Below, piece by piece: positions 39,402 to 51,200 of a DNA stretch of 64,000 nt. The DNA is taken from contig OZ176052.1 of the NCBI GenBank assembly GCA_964247055.1, forward strand, positions 6,138,001 through 6,202,000. The letters run 5' to 3'. A program made the position numbers and the translations under genes. The DNA comes from Paragordius varius. Taxonomy: Eukaryota > Animalia > Nematomorpha. Position 1 is the stretch's first letter. Each line of letters begins with the position of its first letter. The notes under the pieces are model-generated. The model was not told where the DNA came from. It saw only the letters and a program-made list of their open reading frames with translations, and did no database searches.

Positions 39402-42400
39402 TTATGGTTTCCACATTTTCAAAATGCCATCTTCGCTAAATGTTACAAGTATATTATGATAAGGATGATGTGTCATTCCCAAAATATCTTTTTCATGAAC
39501 CTAAACATAATAAAATAATTAATTGGATAATTTAATGACATTTTGAATATATTACTGACTATAAAACATACATCAAGTGTGCTTTCAAGTTTCCCCGTAT
39601 TAGTCGAAAAGGAATATAAAATATTATCTTCGCCACAACTATAAATCCATTCACCTTTGGGCGAAATGGCACAACAAACAAAGTCTCCCCCATCTTCGGA
39701 TCTTTTACCAGTGGTATAAGATTTCACAATCTTGAAATAATATCAAATAATGTTACATCTTAATCTAGACATAAAATTTCCAAAAAAACACTTGTGTTAT
39801 CTCATAAGTTTCATTTGCAATTTTTCACTATTGAGTAAATATGAAAAGTTGCTATGGTAAATTAATCCCTAATTTCATTATTAAAACATGTTTTTCTGTA
39901 TAAATATTTGTAAAATTTAGGTTTTATTCCAGATACCTTTGGTAAAGCATAATTAAATATTTTGTCATTGAATATAAAATAATAAGTAATGCAATTTTTT
40001 TCAATTTTATGTCAAAAATTAAAAATATTAACGAAATCTTTCATTTTTTATTATTATAACATTTCAAATTGCAATCAAAAAATATTTAATTACAAAATAT
40101 TATTAATAACCTGTCCTTGCATGTTGAGTATACTTATGGTATTAGAACGATTGGATACAATAAATTGTTCCAAATTCTTTGGATACAGATGGATAGAGTT
40201 AACGGTAACATCGTTAATTGTACCCAATGTTTTGTATGTATGCAAACAATCTACCAATCATCATTAGAGTATATAAATATACGGCATATTTTTAATAAAG
40301 AGCCGCATTTTAAAAAGTAGTCAACTTTCTATACTGCTTATATGATTAGGATATATGAATTAAAAAACCCTTGATTCCAATTCATTATTTAACATCTTTT
40401 CTATCAGCATAGATTTAATTAAATCAAAATATGTTCGAATTATACTTTTCGGGCCCCTTATTAAAAATGTAAACTTTTACTTTACATATTTTACGCCTCC
40501 TATTTCTTTTTTCATTTAAAAAAATCCAATAATAAATGTCAAAAAGTATTATGTTGTAAAGATAAACAGTAAAAAACCTGCAGATTTGATACTCCATATT
40601 TTGACACTCCCGTCCGAAGATGCTGATATAACATGATGACCATCAGCGGAAAAAATGGCACAATTAACGAATGATGTATGCCCACGCATTTCTTTTATCG
40701 TTTTCCCGGATTTCATGCCATGAATCCTGTGAAATATTACACAAATAATCACAATATAAGAAACATAAAAAAGACTAGTGTCTTTTTATAAAGACATTGA
40801 AAAATAAGGAATTGGCAACACACTCGATTTATTTCACACTTGTTATCATAGAGGTTATATGGAATATATAAAACAGGAAAAAAATATGGTTTTTTTATTA
40901 TTAAAAATATTATTTTCCGTTTTATATTTGTCTTTAAAATTTAATTTTTTCCTGTATATAAATGTACACAAAACACATAAAAAATAGGAGTTATCCATTT
41001 AAAAATCGAACAAGCCGAAGACAGAAAGAAATGAAATATCTAACACGCTTACCACCTTTTGAAAGGAGAAAATAGCGTATAAAAGTGCATTAACATATTA
41101 AAATATAGATAAAACGCTTATATTAAAATCAAACTTAAAACAATTGGTTTTATAATAAAACTGGAGACGATACGTATTTTTAACACTTGGATACATCACA
41201 TACATTTTAGTCCTTCGATTCAAATTGGAGTAGTTAAATACCCCAAGCCTGTTTAAATTTAAATTCTTTAAAAAATATGGAAGGAATCAAAACCATGGCA
41301 AAATTGTGCACTTATATAACATTAATAAACCTAAATATATAAAAATATTTATTCAAAAATACTTGATATTACTTATTTTAAGCTAAAACCGAAAGATAAA
41401 TTTGTTCAACGTGACATGTGTGCACTGGTAAAATTGAAAAATAATACAAAATAAACCGCTTTTTTATTTCTATCAATGTAAGATGTAATTAAATAAAAAA
41501 TTAGCTTTAATGTTACACTTAAAACCTAACGAAAACGATATTTTGCAAAAATTTTGTAAAATAAAAATGGCGTCAAAATAGTTTGGGAGGGAACTTTTTT
41601 ATCGAAACAAAATTTTAGTTGGAAATATTGCCATAATATAATTTTTATTGAGATAGACGCATAAATTTAAATTAGGACCGTTCCCTTCAGTAGTTTTCAA
41701 AAAATCCTAACTTAAATTTTGTCTGGGTTATTTAGATACCCCAATTTGAATCGAAGTGTTAAATAAAACTAAAAACTAGCAGTTTAATTAATGTATAATA
41801 TTGATTTAATTGATCGAACTTTATGGTGTAATCATTCGATGCTGATAATATTTGAGTTGAGTCCCGAGAAACGGCCAAACTTGTAACCCCTTTAGTGTGA
41901 ACTTTAGGGAAGTATTTTGTGGTCATGCCCGAACTCATATTCCATACCTATAAAACAAAAAAAGGTAAAATTATTATAAAATAAGAAAAGTGTATGATTC
42001 TACACTTGTAAAACAAAAAAGATAAAATAACTATTGAAATTATATCAAATATTATATTCCACACCTATAAATAAAGCAATCAATAAAAAATAAACAGTAC
42101 GATAAAAAATCATATAAGATTAATCAAACAAAAAATTGAGGAAATTTAGACTGTTTCGAATCTTTAACCTTTATGTCTCCATCTTTGGCGCCTGAAACAA
42201 GTTGTTCTGAATCTCGACTAAAGGCCAAAGATAGAATTGCCTCCTCCATCATCATAAAATTATCCTATCATAATTTAAACTATATTATGGCATAATAAAA
42301 AGTAAAATTGTACAGAAAAAACGTAAAAATAAAAAGACATATATTTTTTTAGGGGGACAACCACACTTTTTAATCTTGACATTTTCTAAATAAATTACTT

Positions 42401-44062
42401 AGTATAATTGAGCAAGTTAACAAATCTCTATTTTTTATTTCGTCACCTAAAACGTTAAATTAAAACACTCATGGTTTTAAATATGGTTGTCTTATAAAAA
42501 AATATTTGTCTTTTATTTTTACATTTTGTCAGTAAAATTTTGATTTTTACTGTAACAGCAATTTAATGAATCAAATGTAATCGAAAAAAGCGTGTGATAA
42601 AAAACCTCAGCTTGATATTTAAGTTCACGTTTCAATTTCCCAGTTGCAGGATCCCAAACCTCCAATATCCAATCTTGACTACCAGTTACCATGTATCGGC
42701 CATCGGGAGATATTTTACAGCATAAAATTTTGCTTTTTGACCCAAATTTGATTTTTTTGAAACAGATATTTGGATATGTTTCCTCTTTATCGGGCTCATC
42801 TTCATCCTCTTCGTTATCTAAACATTAAAATATTTTATAGATAAAATGTTTGTATTAGGTTTATAATTTATTATATGTTACCTTATAATAGATGAATACT
42901 ATTTATATCTAAATATTCTATAAAAATCAGATTTAAAGGTTCATTTAATAATGAACATGGTAAATTGTTTAATGTTTGTATAAAATAGTTATATCTCGCT
43001 TTCATCAAATTTATAATATTTGCGAAAATATTTGCAGCAAAAATTTTGTAAAATATTCATAATATAATGTATTAGAGATATAATATAAAAATTAAATTTT
43101 AAATTGTCATCGTAAAATATATATTTTGCTAACCTTCGTTTTCCTCATCACTCTTTGGATTTAAAGAATCATAATTGCTACGTTTTTTGCTTTTTCGATA
43201 ACTAGATACTTTCCCTCTAAACAAGTCAATGGCAGAGGCTATTAAATAATAGTATTAAATAATTAAATATATAAATAGCATAACATTTATAAATGGGTAA
43301 TAATCATGTTTTCCCTGAATATATCAAATTTACTAAAACCAAATTCATTTAATTAATATAAAAAAATTAAACTTATTAAATTTAGATATCCACATATTTA
43401 TAAAAATTATCAATTTTATATCCTTTATTTATAGCTTGTAAATCTGCGGGGTACACACGGTGAGGGTAGATACCTTTGGGCAATAAGCCTTGACTATGCT
43501 GCCATTTCAAAGCTTGACCCATAAGAGCTAAAAGTCGACTGGGGGGTACAACAGTTATTTCACCGCTTAAAGCTTTAGCGATTGCTGCTCTTCGTTTTTC
43601 TTTGGTAACGCCCTCAGGATAAGCCTAGCAATAAAATTTAGGAAAAAACCTCTCGAGGATCAAAATAAGAGCGTGCCAGTACGTTTTCAAGATGAACGTA
43701 CCTATTAGGATGCTGTTGTTTTAACATAATCATTGGGTCAGTTTGACGCAAGAGCGATCGTGCTGCTCCCAATTCTCTAAGTTCAACTAGTTCCAAAACA
43801 ATTTGCTCATAAAGATCCATTAACTTTTTGTCTGGCAATTTTAATGGTTTAATATTTATTAAAACAGTGTCCCAATGGCCATGGTTTATATCCGATACAA
43901 AACTTTCAATGCTATCAACAGTATTTAAAGATATTCCAGTCTCTTCTTGAAGAGCACTTAGAGAGTGCAATAAATTATTCTCTTTTAGAAACTGCTGGAT
44001 AAGACGAATAACGCTAAAAATATGGTTAAAATTTACTCTGCCGATTCCACTTCGATGGACAT
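39402..44062 (-). CDS. SMU1: WD40 repeat-containing spliceosomal B-complex protein SMU1, about 542 aa
   Basis: Exons 44062-44037, 44013-43650, 43624-43474, 43238-43134, 42817-42606, 42264-42169, 41947-41820, 40726-40578, 40250-40111, 39730-39572 and 39500-39402 total 1629 nt, in frame. The protein starts [21 protein letters not shown] (LisH/CTLH), contains [32 protein letters not shown] and [17 protein letters not shown], and ends [11 protein letters not shown]. Confidence 0.96.
41180..41762 (+). mobile_element. MITE family A copy 6 (SMU1 intron 7)
   Basis: ttaa|cacttggatac ... gaatcgaagtg|ttaa. Confidence 0.82.
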
Positions 44063-44599
44063 GTGAGGGAGTTTGAAAAGTTGTGACAAATATGATATAT
44101 AAATTACATTTAATTTTCTTACATATTTTTTTGTAAAAGATATGGCTTATTAAATTAAAAACATCTTTCACCTCATTTTTTACATATTCGATCTTCAAAT
44201 TTAAGTTCATACATTGTGTTTTATTATAAAAATTTACCAAAACAAACAAATCTTTAAAGCGATAAATATGTTAAACATCATTGAATTATATAGAAAAATT
44301 GTTTTATATTATAAAGCATTTTTACCGTTTCCATCATGCTATAAAATAGAATTTAACAAAATTTTTTTGAAAATAAATTTTGGCCATATTCACAAACTAG
44401 AAAAAAATTACATATACGCTGTATATGTAAATCTATAAAACTAATAAAGACCATGTGTTTTTCATATGCCTGTACTAGAGTTTAAAAACAAGATACCTTC
44501 AAAACTCGATTAATACTCCAATTCTTTCTGGGGTAGATCTATATCCCAGAACGATTTTTAAATATTCTAAATATTTACACTATTAAGCCTTCAAAGGTA

Positions 44600-45560
44600 T
44601 AGTGATCACTTATACAAAAATTTTTTTTAAAAAAATGTAAAATTGTAAAAAATCCTCATCTTTTAGGGCCATTTTTTAGTCTTGTCTTTATATCACCAAT
44701 GCAACAGGTAAATGAATGTATCTAATGTTTGGTAATTGTAAATTTTAAACTAAAGCTTTTAGGCTAATTTTAAATAAAGAAAAATTTTATATATTTAAAT
44801 TTTAATATCAGCCGTTCGTTTCAATCGTGTTTTGGAGCTATACTTTTAGACTCAGAAGAAACAAAACTGTAAAAAAATAATTTATCTAATACATGAGAAC
44901 AATGTTTGAATATTAAATTTTAACGTAAATAACTTTCAAAGCTGTAATATACGAAATTCAGCCATGGAAATTTAAACTAGGACAAAAAGTGAAAAGCTAA
45001 TGATGTGTTAAACAAACAGCTGATACTAAAATTATTAAATATAATTATTAAAAGCTTTCTAAAGTTAATTGTTAACATTTGTGATTATAATATATATTAA
45101 GTTGGCTGTATTATTCCTGATTAAAAAATTTAAAGAAAAATGTCGGCGAAAAAAAGTTTAGATGAGGATATTTTAACTCATTACTTTTTAAGTTTACATT
45201 TTGGGGTATTTATATATCTCAGAGCTCAATTTTGTAACTAAACTACTGTTTTGAATGTGATTTTATAAAATTTAATTATCAAACATTGATCTCAAGAAAG
45301 ATTATATTTTCACAGATTTGTGACTTCGAGTGTATAAAATTGGGACAGCTCTAAAACACCATTAATACCAACAGATTCAAAATAATATATGAAGTTATTG
45401 CTGGTAAAATATGGCCTGAAAGCTTTAGTTATTTATTTATATTTTCTAACCATAATATATATTAATTTACCTGTTGGATTGGCGATCTAAAAAAATAAAA
45501 ATGACGGCAAAAAAGTTTCGGATAAGGATTTTTTTTATATTTTTATATTTTTTTAAAGAA
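44600..45560. repeat. Old dispersed repeat family E (fragments also near 2330-2600, 21750-21860, 22540-22800, 47400-47700)
   Basis: Shared words: tttggagctat, tctaataca(g/t)gagaaca, aaaatcctcatc / gatgaggattttt. Boundaries are approximate. Confidence 0.45.
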
Positions 45561-45579
45561 ACGTATAATGCGCTCAAAA

Positions 45580-46880
45580 CACTGTGTTCAACAAAATTTT
45601 TATAGAAATTTTTTTCTGATGAGCTAGCTTATGACCAGCTAATCTATTTGCCGCAAAATTTTTTATTTGTTTACGACCTAATTTTTGAAATATTCAGAGA
45701 AAATCGAAATTAAGCAAAAGTGAAAATTAAGGATAATTAATTAAATAATGATAAAACTTGAATTATTATGGCTTACTATCATTTAAACAAATTGTTACAA
45801 TTTATAAATAGGCTAAAATCATATAGTTAGGGTTTTCATAGAAGTTCAGATCAGAAACTCGCTTTTTTAACATATTAAAAATACACAAAAAATTTATGAA
45901 ACTATAAAATATTTTTTTTAATTATTTTCTAGCTAACTCACTTATCTTATCATTCATATTTTATTCAGTAAAAAAACTTATATATCAAAATAAAACTAAA
46001 AAAATATTGTTTTTTTTGCCTTCTGGTTTAAAAGCTTATAAAAAATTTACCGATGAGCGAAATTAACACTTGGATACAACACATTCATTTTAGTCCTTCG
46101 ATTCAAATTGGGGTAGCTAAATACCCCAGGCCTGCTTAAAATAAAATTTTAAAAATATGGAAGGAATTAAAACCATGGCAAAATTTTGCACTTATATAAC
46201 ATTAGTAAACCGAAATATATAAAAAAATTTTATTCAAAAATACTGGATATTACTTATTTTAAGCTAAATCTGAAAGGTAAAAATTTAGTCAACATGACAT
46301 ATGTGCATTTGTTAAATCTTAATTTAATGCAAAATAAACCACTTTATCTATTTCAATCAATGTCAGATGTAATTTAAATAAAAAATTAGCTTTAGTTTAC
46401 CCTTAAAGTTAAGTAAAGACCATATTTTGCAAAAAAAATTTTAGAATAAAAATGGCGTCGAAGTAGTTTTACATAAAACTTTTTTTTCAAAACAAAATTT
46501 TATTTAGATATTTTGGCATATTTATATAATTTTTATTAGGATAGAAGCATAAATTTAAATTATGACCGTTTCTTTCAGTAGTTTTTTATAAATTTTAACT
46601 CAAATTTAGTCTGGGGTATTTAGACACCCCAATTTGAATCGAAGTGTTAAAAACAAATAAATTTATGTAAAATAGGATTTAAAAGTGAAATATCAACCAA
46701 TAATCCGTATAAATCCATGTAACAGGTTTCAAGTTTTATCAATTTAATTATCCTCACTTTTTGCCCAATTTTGATTTTTTCTCAAAATTTCAAATAGTCA
46801 AAAAATAAAATTTTTCGCAAATAAATTCGCTTTTCAAAGCTATCTCTTGAAAAAAAAATTGTTAAAAAAAATTTTTTGTA
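45580..46880. mobile_element. Second family B element (right arm truncated), interrupted by MITE A copy 7
   Basis: cactgtgttcaacaaaa at 45580. The arm matches 30418-30870, and the core at 46655-46730 is the reverse complement of 33335-33400. Confidence 0.65.
46063..46650 (+). mobile_element. MITE family A copy 7, nested in a family B element
   Basis: ttaa|cacttggatac ... gaatcgaagtg|ttaa. Confidence 0.82.
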
Positions 46881-48291
46881 AAGAAAGGCTATAGAAAGCA
46901 TATTTTTTAATTCGGCTTCATACCTTAAATTTTAGATATTCAAACAAAGAGCTTTGATATATAAAACCATCCGAAAAGATAATGAGTGTTTTTTGAATCT
47001 TTTTTGAAATCATCCTCCTAAGCTGATGAATGTATATTTTAAAATTCCTAATATTATATATTATTTACAAAAGGTCACGAAATATTAATTTTGGCTTAAT
47101 ATCATAATTAATTTAATCGCTTTTTAATATTACCACAAAATATAATAAAGTGTTATTTATTATTTAGCCAGCAAAGGTTTATTGTAAATTATTAAAATCC
47201 AAGGGAACTTTGAGCTTTCTAAATTACTGTATATGTTTGATAATTATATTTTAGCCATAATACCTTTTGCTAATAGATTTTATTAATTTACACTTATGGG
47301 AGAATATCCACAAATTGTACTCTTCATTTGAAAATTTAATAGGAAAATGTTCAGAATTGGATGATTCATCTAATTATAAAAAGAATGCAGATTTCGAAAA
47401 AGTAGTAACCAAGTTTAGGACTTCATGACCTTTTCACTTTGATGAGGATTTTTTTTATTTTATATTTTAAAAAAATTGTATAATTCCTCTAAAAAGCTAA
47501 AGAAAGCATATTTTTGAATTCCATTTACTTAATACCATAAATATTTTTTAAGATATTCAAATCGCTCTGGAATATAAAACTACCCCTAAAAGTCATGGAG
47601 TGTTAATAATTTATTTTTTTGTTATCCTATCTCCTGTATGATTTTAAAACTTTGTAACCAAAAACAAATCAGCATATCTAATCATTATAAAACTTTCATA
47701 AGTAGTTCAAAAAATATAAAACATTTATCAATATTCATACTTAGACCAAGTGTTAACCTTCCGTCCTCTTTTATTTATTTGTAAAAGTTCGTATCAGGAT
47801 AAATTGATATTTTTTAAATTTATTGGTTTTAGGACTTGCTGAATAATATTACGGATAAATGTTTCAACTTTATTTCTTATTAATTTTATATTATATGAAG
47901 AATCGCAAACAAAACTCAGTCTATTACCCGTTTACTTTTAAACTCCTTCATATATTTTTTGATTTTTTTCAGCTACGAAGCAGAATAGGCTTTTTCAAGT
48001 AACCTTTTGACCACCATTTTGTGACCGAGATAAATGTTAGGGCTATTATATGATTAATATGACATATCAAACCGGTTAATTTATTAAATTTAGATAACAA
48101 TCCAAAGATATAAATATTTAAAATATATTAATAATGACATAAATTAATATACAAATGCAGTGTCTAACTTACAAGATTCTAAAAAAGCATAACTTTATGT
48201 TATGCACACGGGGTTCATTGAGTAAAAATATTTTTTCGTAAAAAGCGTATAATTTACAATATATATTTTGTCATATAATAAAAATTATAAA

Positions 48292-51200
48292 TTATGCAAC
48301 CGCTATCAAAATGATCATTATAAACAAGATGAGCCAAGACACCAATGTATAAAACGCTAACATAGCCATTTTGAATGGTGTACCCTATTAACGAAAAAAA
48401 ATAAATAATAACATAGTTTTAAGTTAAATAATATGATTATAAAAAATGGGAAACAATGTCACCTTCATAATAACTAATTTAATTTTAAGGGAATTCATAA
48501 TAAAATCTACCTTTGGTTTTCGAGCATAATATTTATGAGGCGGTAATTCCATCAACGGGGAAGTTTCTAATTAAAATACGGAGATATTAGATCCAATAAC
48601 TGGTAATTTATCCAAAAACTAAAAAATATACAGTTTATAGTATCGTTTTTTTATATTTTTATGGAATAAGGAAGACAAAAATGGTATTTGACTCGCCTGT
48701 TTAGGGTGAGAGTTATTAAAAATTGCAGTTTGGTAAATCATTTTTCACTAGGCCTTCGAGTTTAATTACATAGCAATGAAAATGTTATAATTTTACTTTG
48801 ATCTCTATCAGTGATACAACAGGCATGGATTTCCAACGCTAACTGAACGATCACGAAAAGGATAATGAATGCAATCATTAACCAATCCAAATGAAAACGT
48901 CGGGTACCAGCCATTTTTGGAAGGGCAAACAGTAGGAAGATATAAATTTCTAATGCAAAAAAATATTCAATTTTAGAAAAATAAAAGAAAAAATTAAGAA
49001 CTTGTGTGAATTAAATAAATCGTAAATATTCTATACGTGCAAGTAAAAGCGCTATCGTTTCAATCAACCAAATTATCCAATTGTATACAGGAGTCATTCG
49101 ACTAGCTGGATTACATCGGAATAAACTTAAGATTGGCTATAAATTATTAATATAATAAATAAGGCGAAAAGTATAAATTTTTCATGTATAGAAAAAAATA
49201 AATTGTATAAAACATTGTGATATACCAATCATTTAAATGAGAAAACAGGTAATTTTGTATTAACACGTAACAAAAATTATTTTATGTAAATATGCAATAA
49301 TAATTTCTTACAACAGCAATGGCCAATAATGTCGCAATTAGTCCGACTGCCAAAGTTCCCCGCGGAAATTCGAAATAATTCTACATTTGGCAATATGAAC
49401 AAAGTAAAAAAATAATTTAAATATTTGTAAATTAAATAATAAAAAAATGGATTAGATAGAATATTTAACTCATCAAGTAAAAACAATTAGGATATTCATA
49501 CCTGTTGCCAATTCAAGAGGTACACAAACAGTAGAATAAAGGCCGGGATCAACAAGCAAATTGCGATTAAGTAACAGATTCGATGCCACTAAATAAAATT
49601 TTACAACATTAAAATTTTAGATTAATTTAAAAGATTTTTTATTTTCACTATATAAAAAGGATGATATTATTATATACGGCTTGTATAAAAACTTACCCCA
49701 AACCAAACTGGTTGACCGAAATGATACCTTCCAGGCCACATTGTCCGGTAGTATCTCGATACGAGAATGGCAAAACTAATAAAACCCAACCAGGCAATGA
49801 GGAAAAGAATAGCTATTACAAGTAAATAATACGATAAAAAACCATTATTCCTAAACTTGTGTTTAAAATGTTAAAAATTAAATTACTAAAGGCAAAAAGT
49901 TATATATTATGTTAAGCTTATAATTAGGATTGTACGCGAATCGATTTGTACCAAAACTTTTTTAGTAGTTAAGTATTATTTTGCTGCAATATAATGTTAT
50001 TCAATTGTTATAAAATAGGTGCATATATAACCATCTAAATCAAATTATAACCATCAGGATTAACTGTAAACATAATGCTCAAAGTAATTTAAATCTTCAC
50101 AAACAAAAATGTATTAATATTTTAATAAAGATTTCAATATTATTAACTTGATTTAAAGAAAAATAAGGTAAAATATCATTACTATGCCACTTATAAACCA
50201 CGGGAACTGGTGGGTAAACATATTCGTGTACGGCATCAGCTGTTAATGGTATTGCCTCATGTGTCATAATCGGCTCCTGATTGTCTTTAAACGGGATCCC
50301 TAGAATCATTAATAAAAATTTACAAAAAATATAAAATGAAAAAAATCAATGACTTTAAACAATTTTTATTTCTCTACAATAAAATGTGAAAAGTTATAGG
50401 CGTAACTTAAGCAAACAAAAAATCTAAAATATTTTACGTTATCACCTTGTAACAAACATATTTTAATATAGTTTCCATGTAAATATATCCATTAGGATAG
50501 TAATATCTTTAACCGACAAATCATCGGCATATATTAAGGGTCCTACCTTTTTCACACCTACCAAATTAGAAATCCCTTTCATACAAATAAAAAATAGGAT
50601 AAGTATTGATCCATGATCCCCTTAGTTAATTTAAATTCACCAAAAACACCCTGCGGTTGTTGAATGTCAAATATACCATTTTTCATGCAAAAACAACATT
50701 CTTTTAACCTAACGCAACATTTTTTCGAGCAAAAGCAACAATTTTTTTATTTTATGACAATTTAATTATTTTTATTTAATTTTAAGTTTATTTAATTAAT
50801 TTTAGCGTAATATTATGATTTTTATTGTTATATCATCACTGATGGTATATTGATTTTCAAGCATCTTTATCCTATAAATTCCATTATTTATTCATACTAA
50901 TTATATTTTCTTTTACAACTTTAGTATCACCTAATCAATGGATAAAATTTGCGCTTCAATGTCCTTGAAAACTTAAAGTTGATATTTCAATATTTTATTT
51001 TGATTCCAACTTTAATTGAAGCAATAAAATATTCATCAAACCTATCATTTTAAACCTTCTCTTTATTTAACCTAAACTTTTCAAATTTTCAAGGAGACTC
51101 TTGAAGCGCAAATGGTATATTTATTAGGTGAAAAAGTTGATGCTTTTGCTTAAAAAAATGTTGCGTTTGCTTGAAAAAATGTTGCGTTTAGTTAAAGTGG

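Noticed and set aside
47950-48060. Possible terminal exon IIALTFISVTKWWSKGYLKKAYSAS* (minus)
   Set aside because: The DOMON-b561 gene already ends at 48292, and no linking splice sites or homology were recognised.
50470-50590. YADD reverse-transcriptase motif on the minus strand (GPLIYADDL)
   Set aside because: It is an isolated motif with no supporting flanking RT motifs; too short to call.
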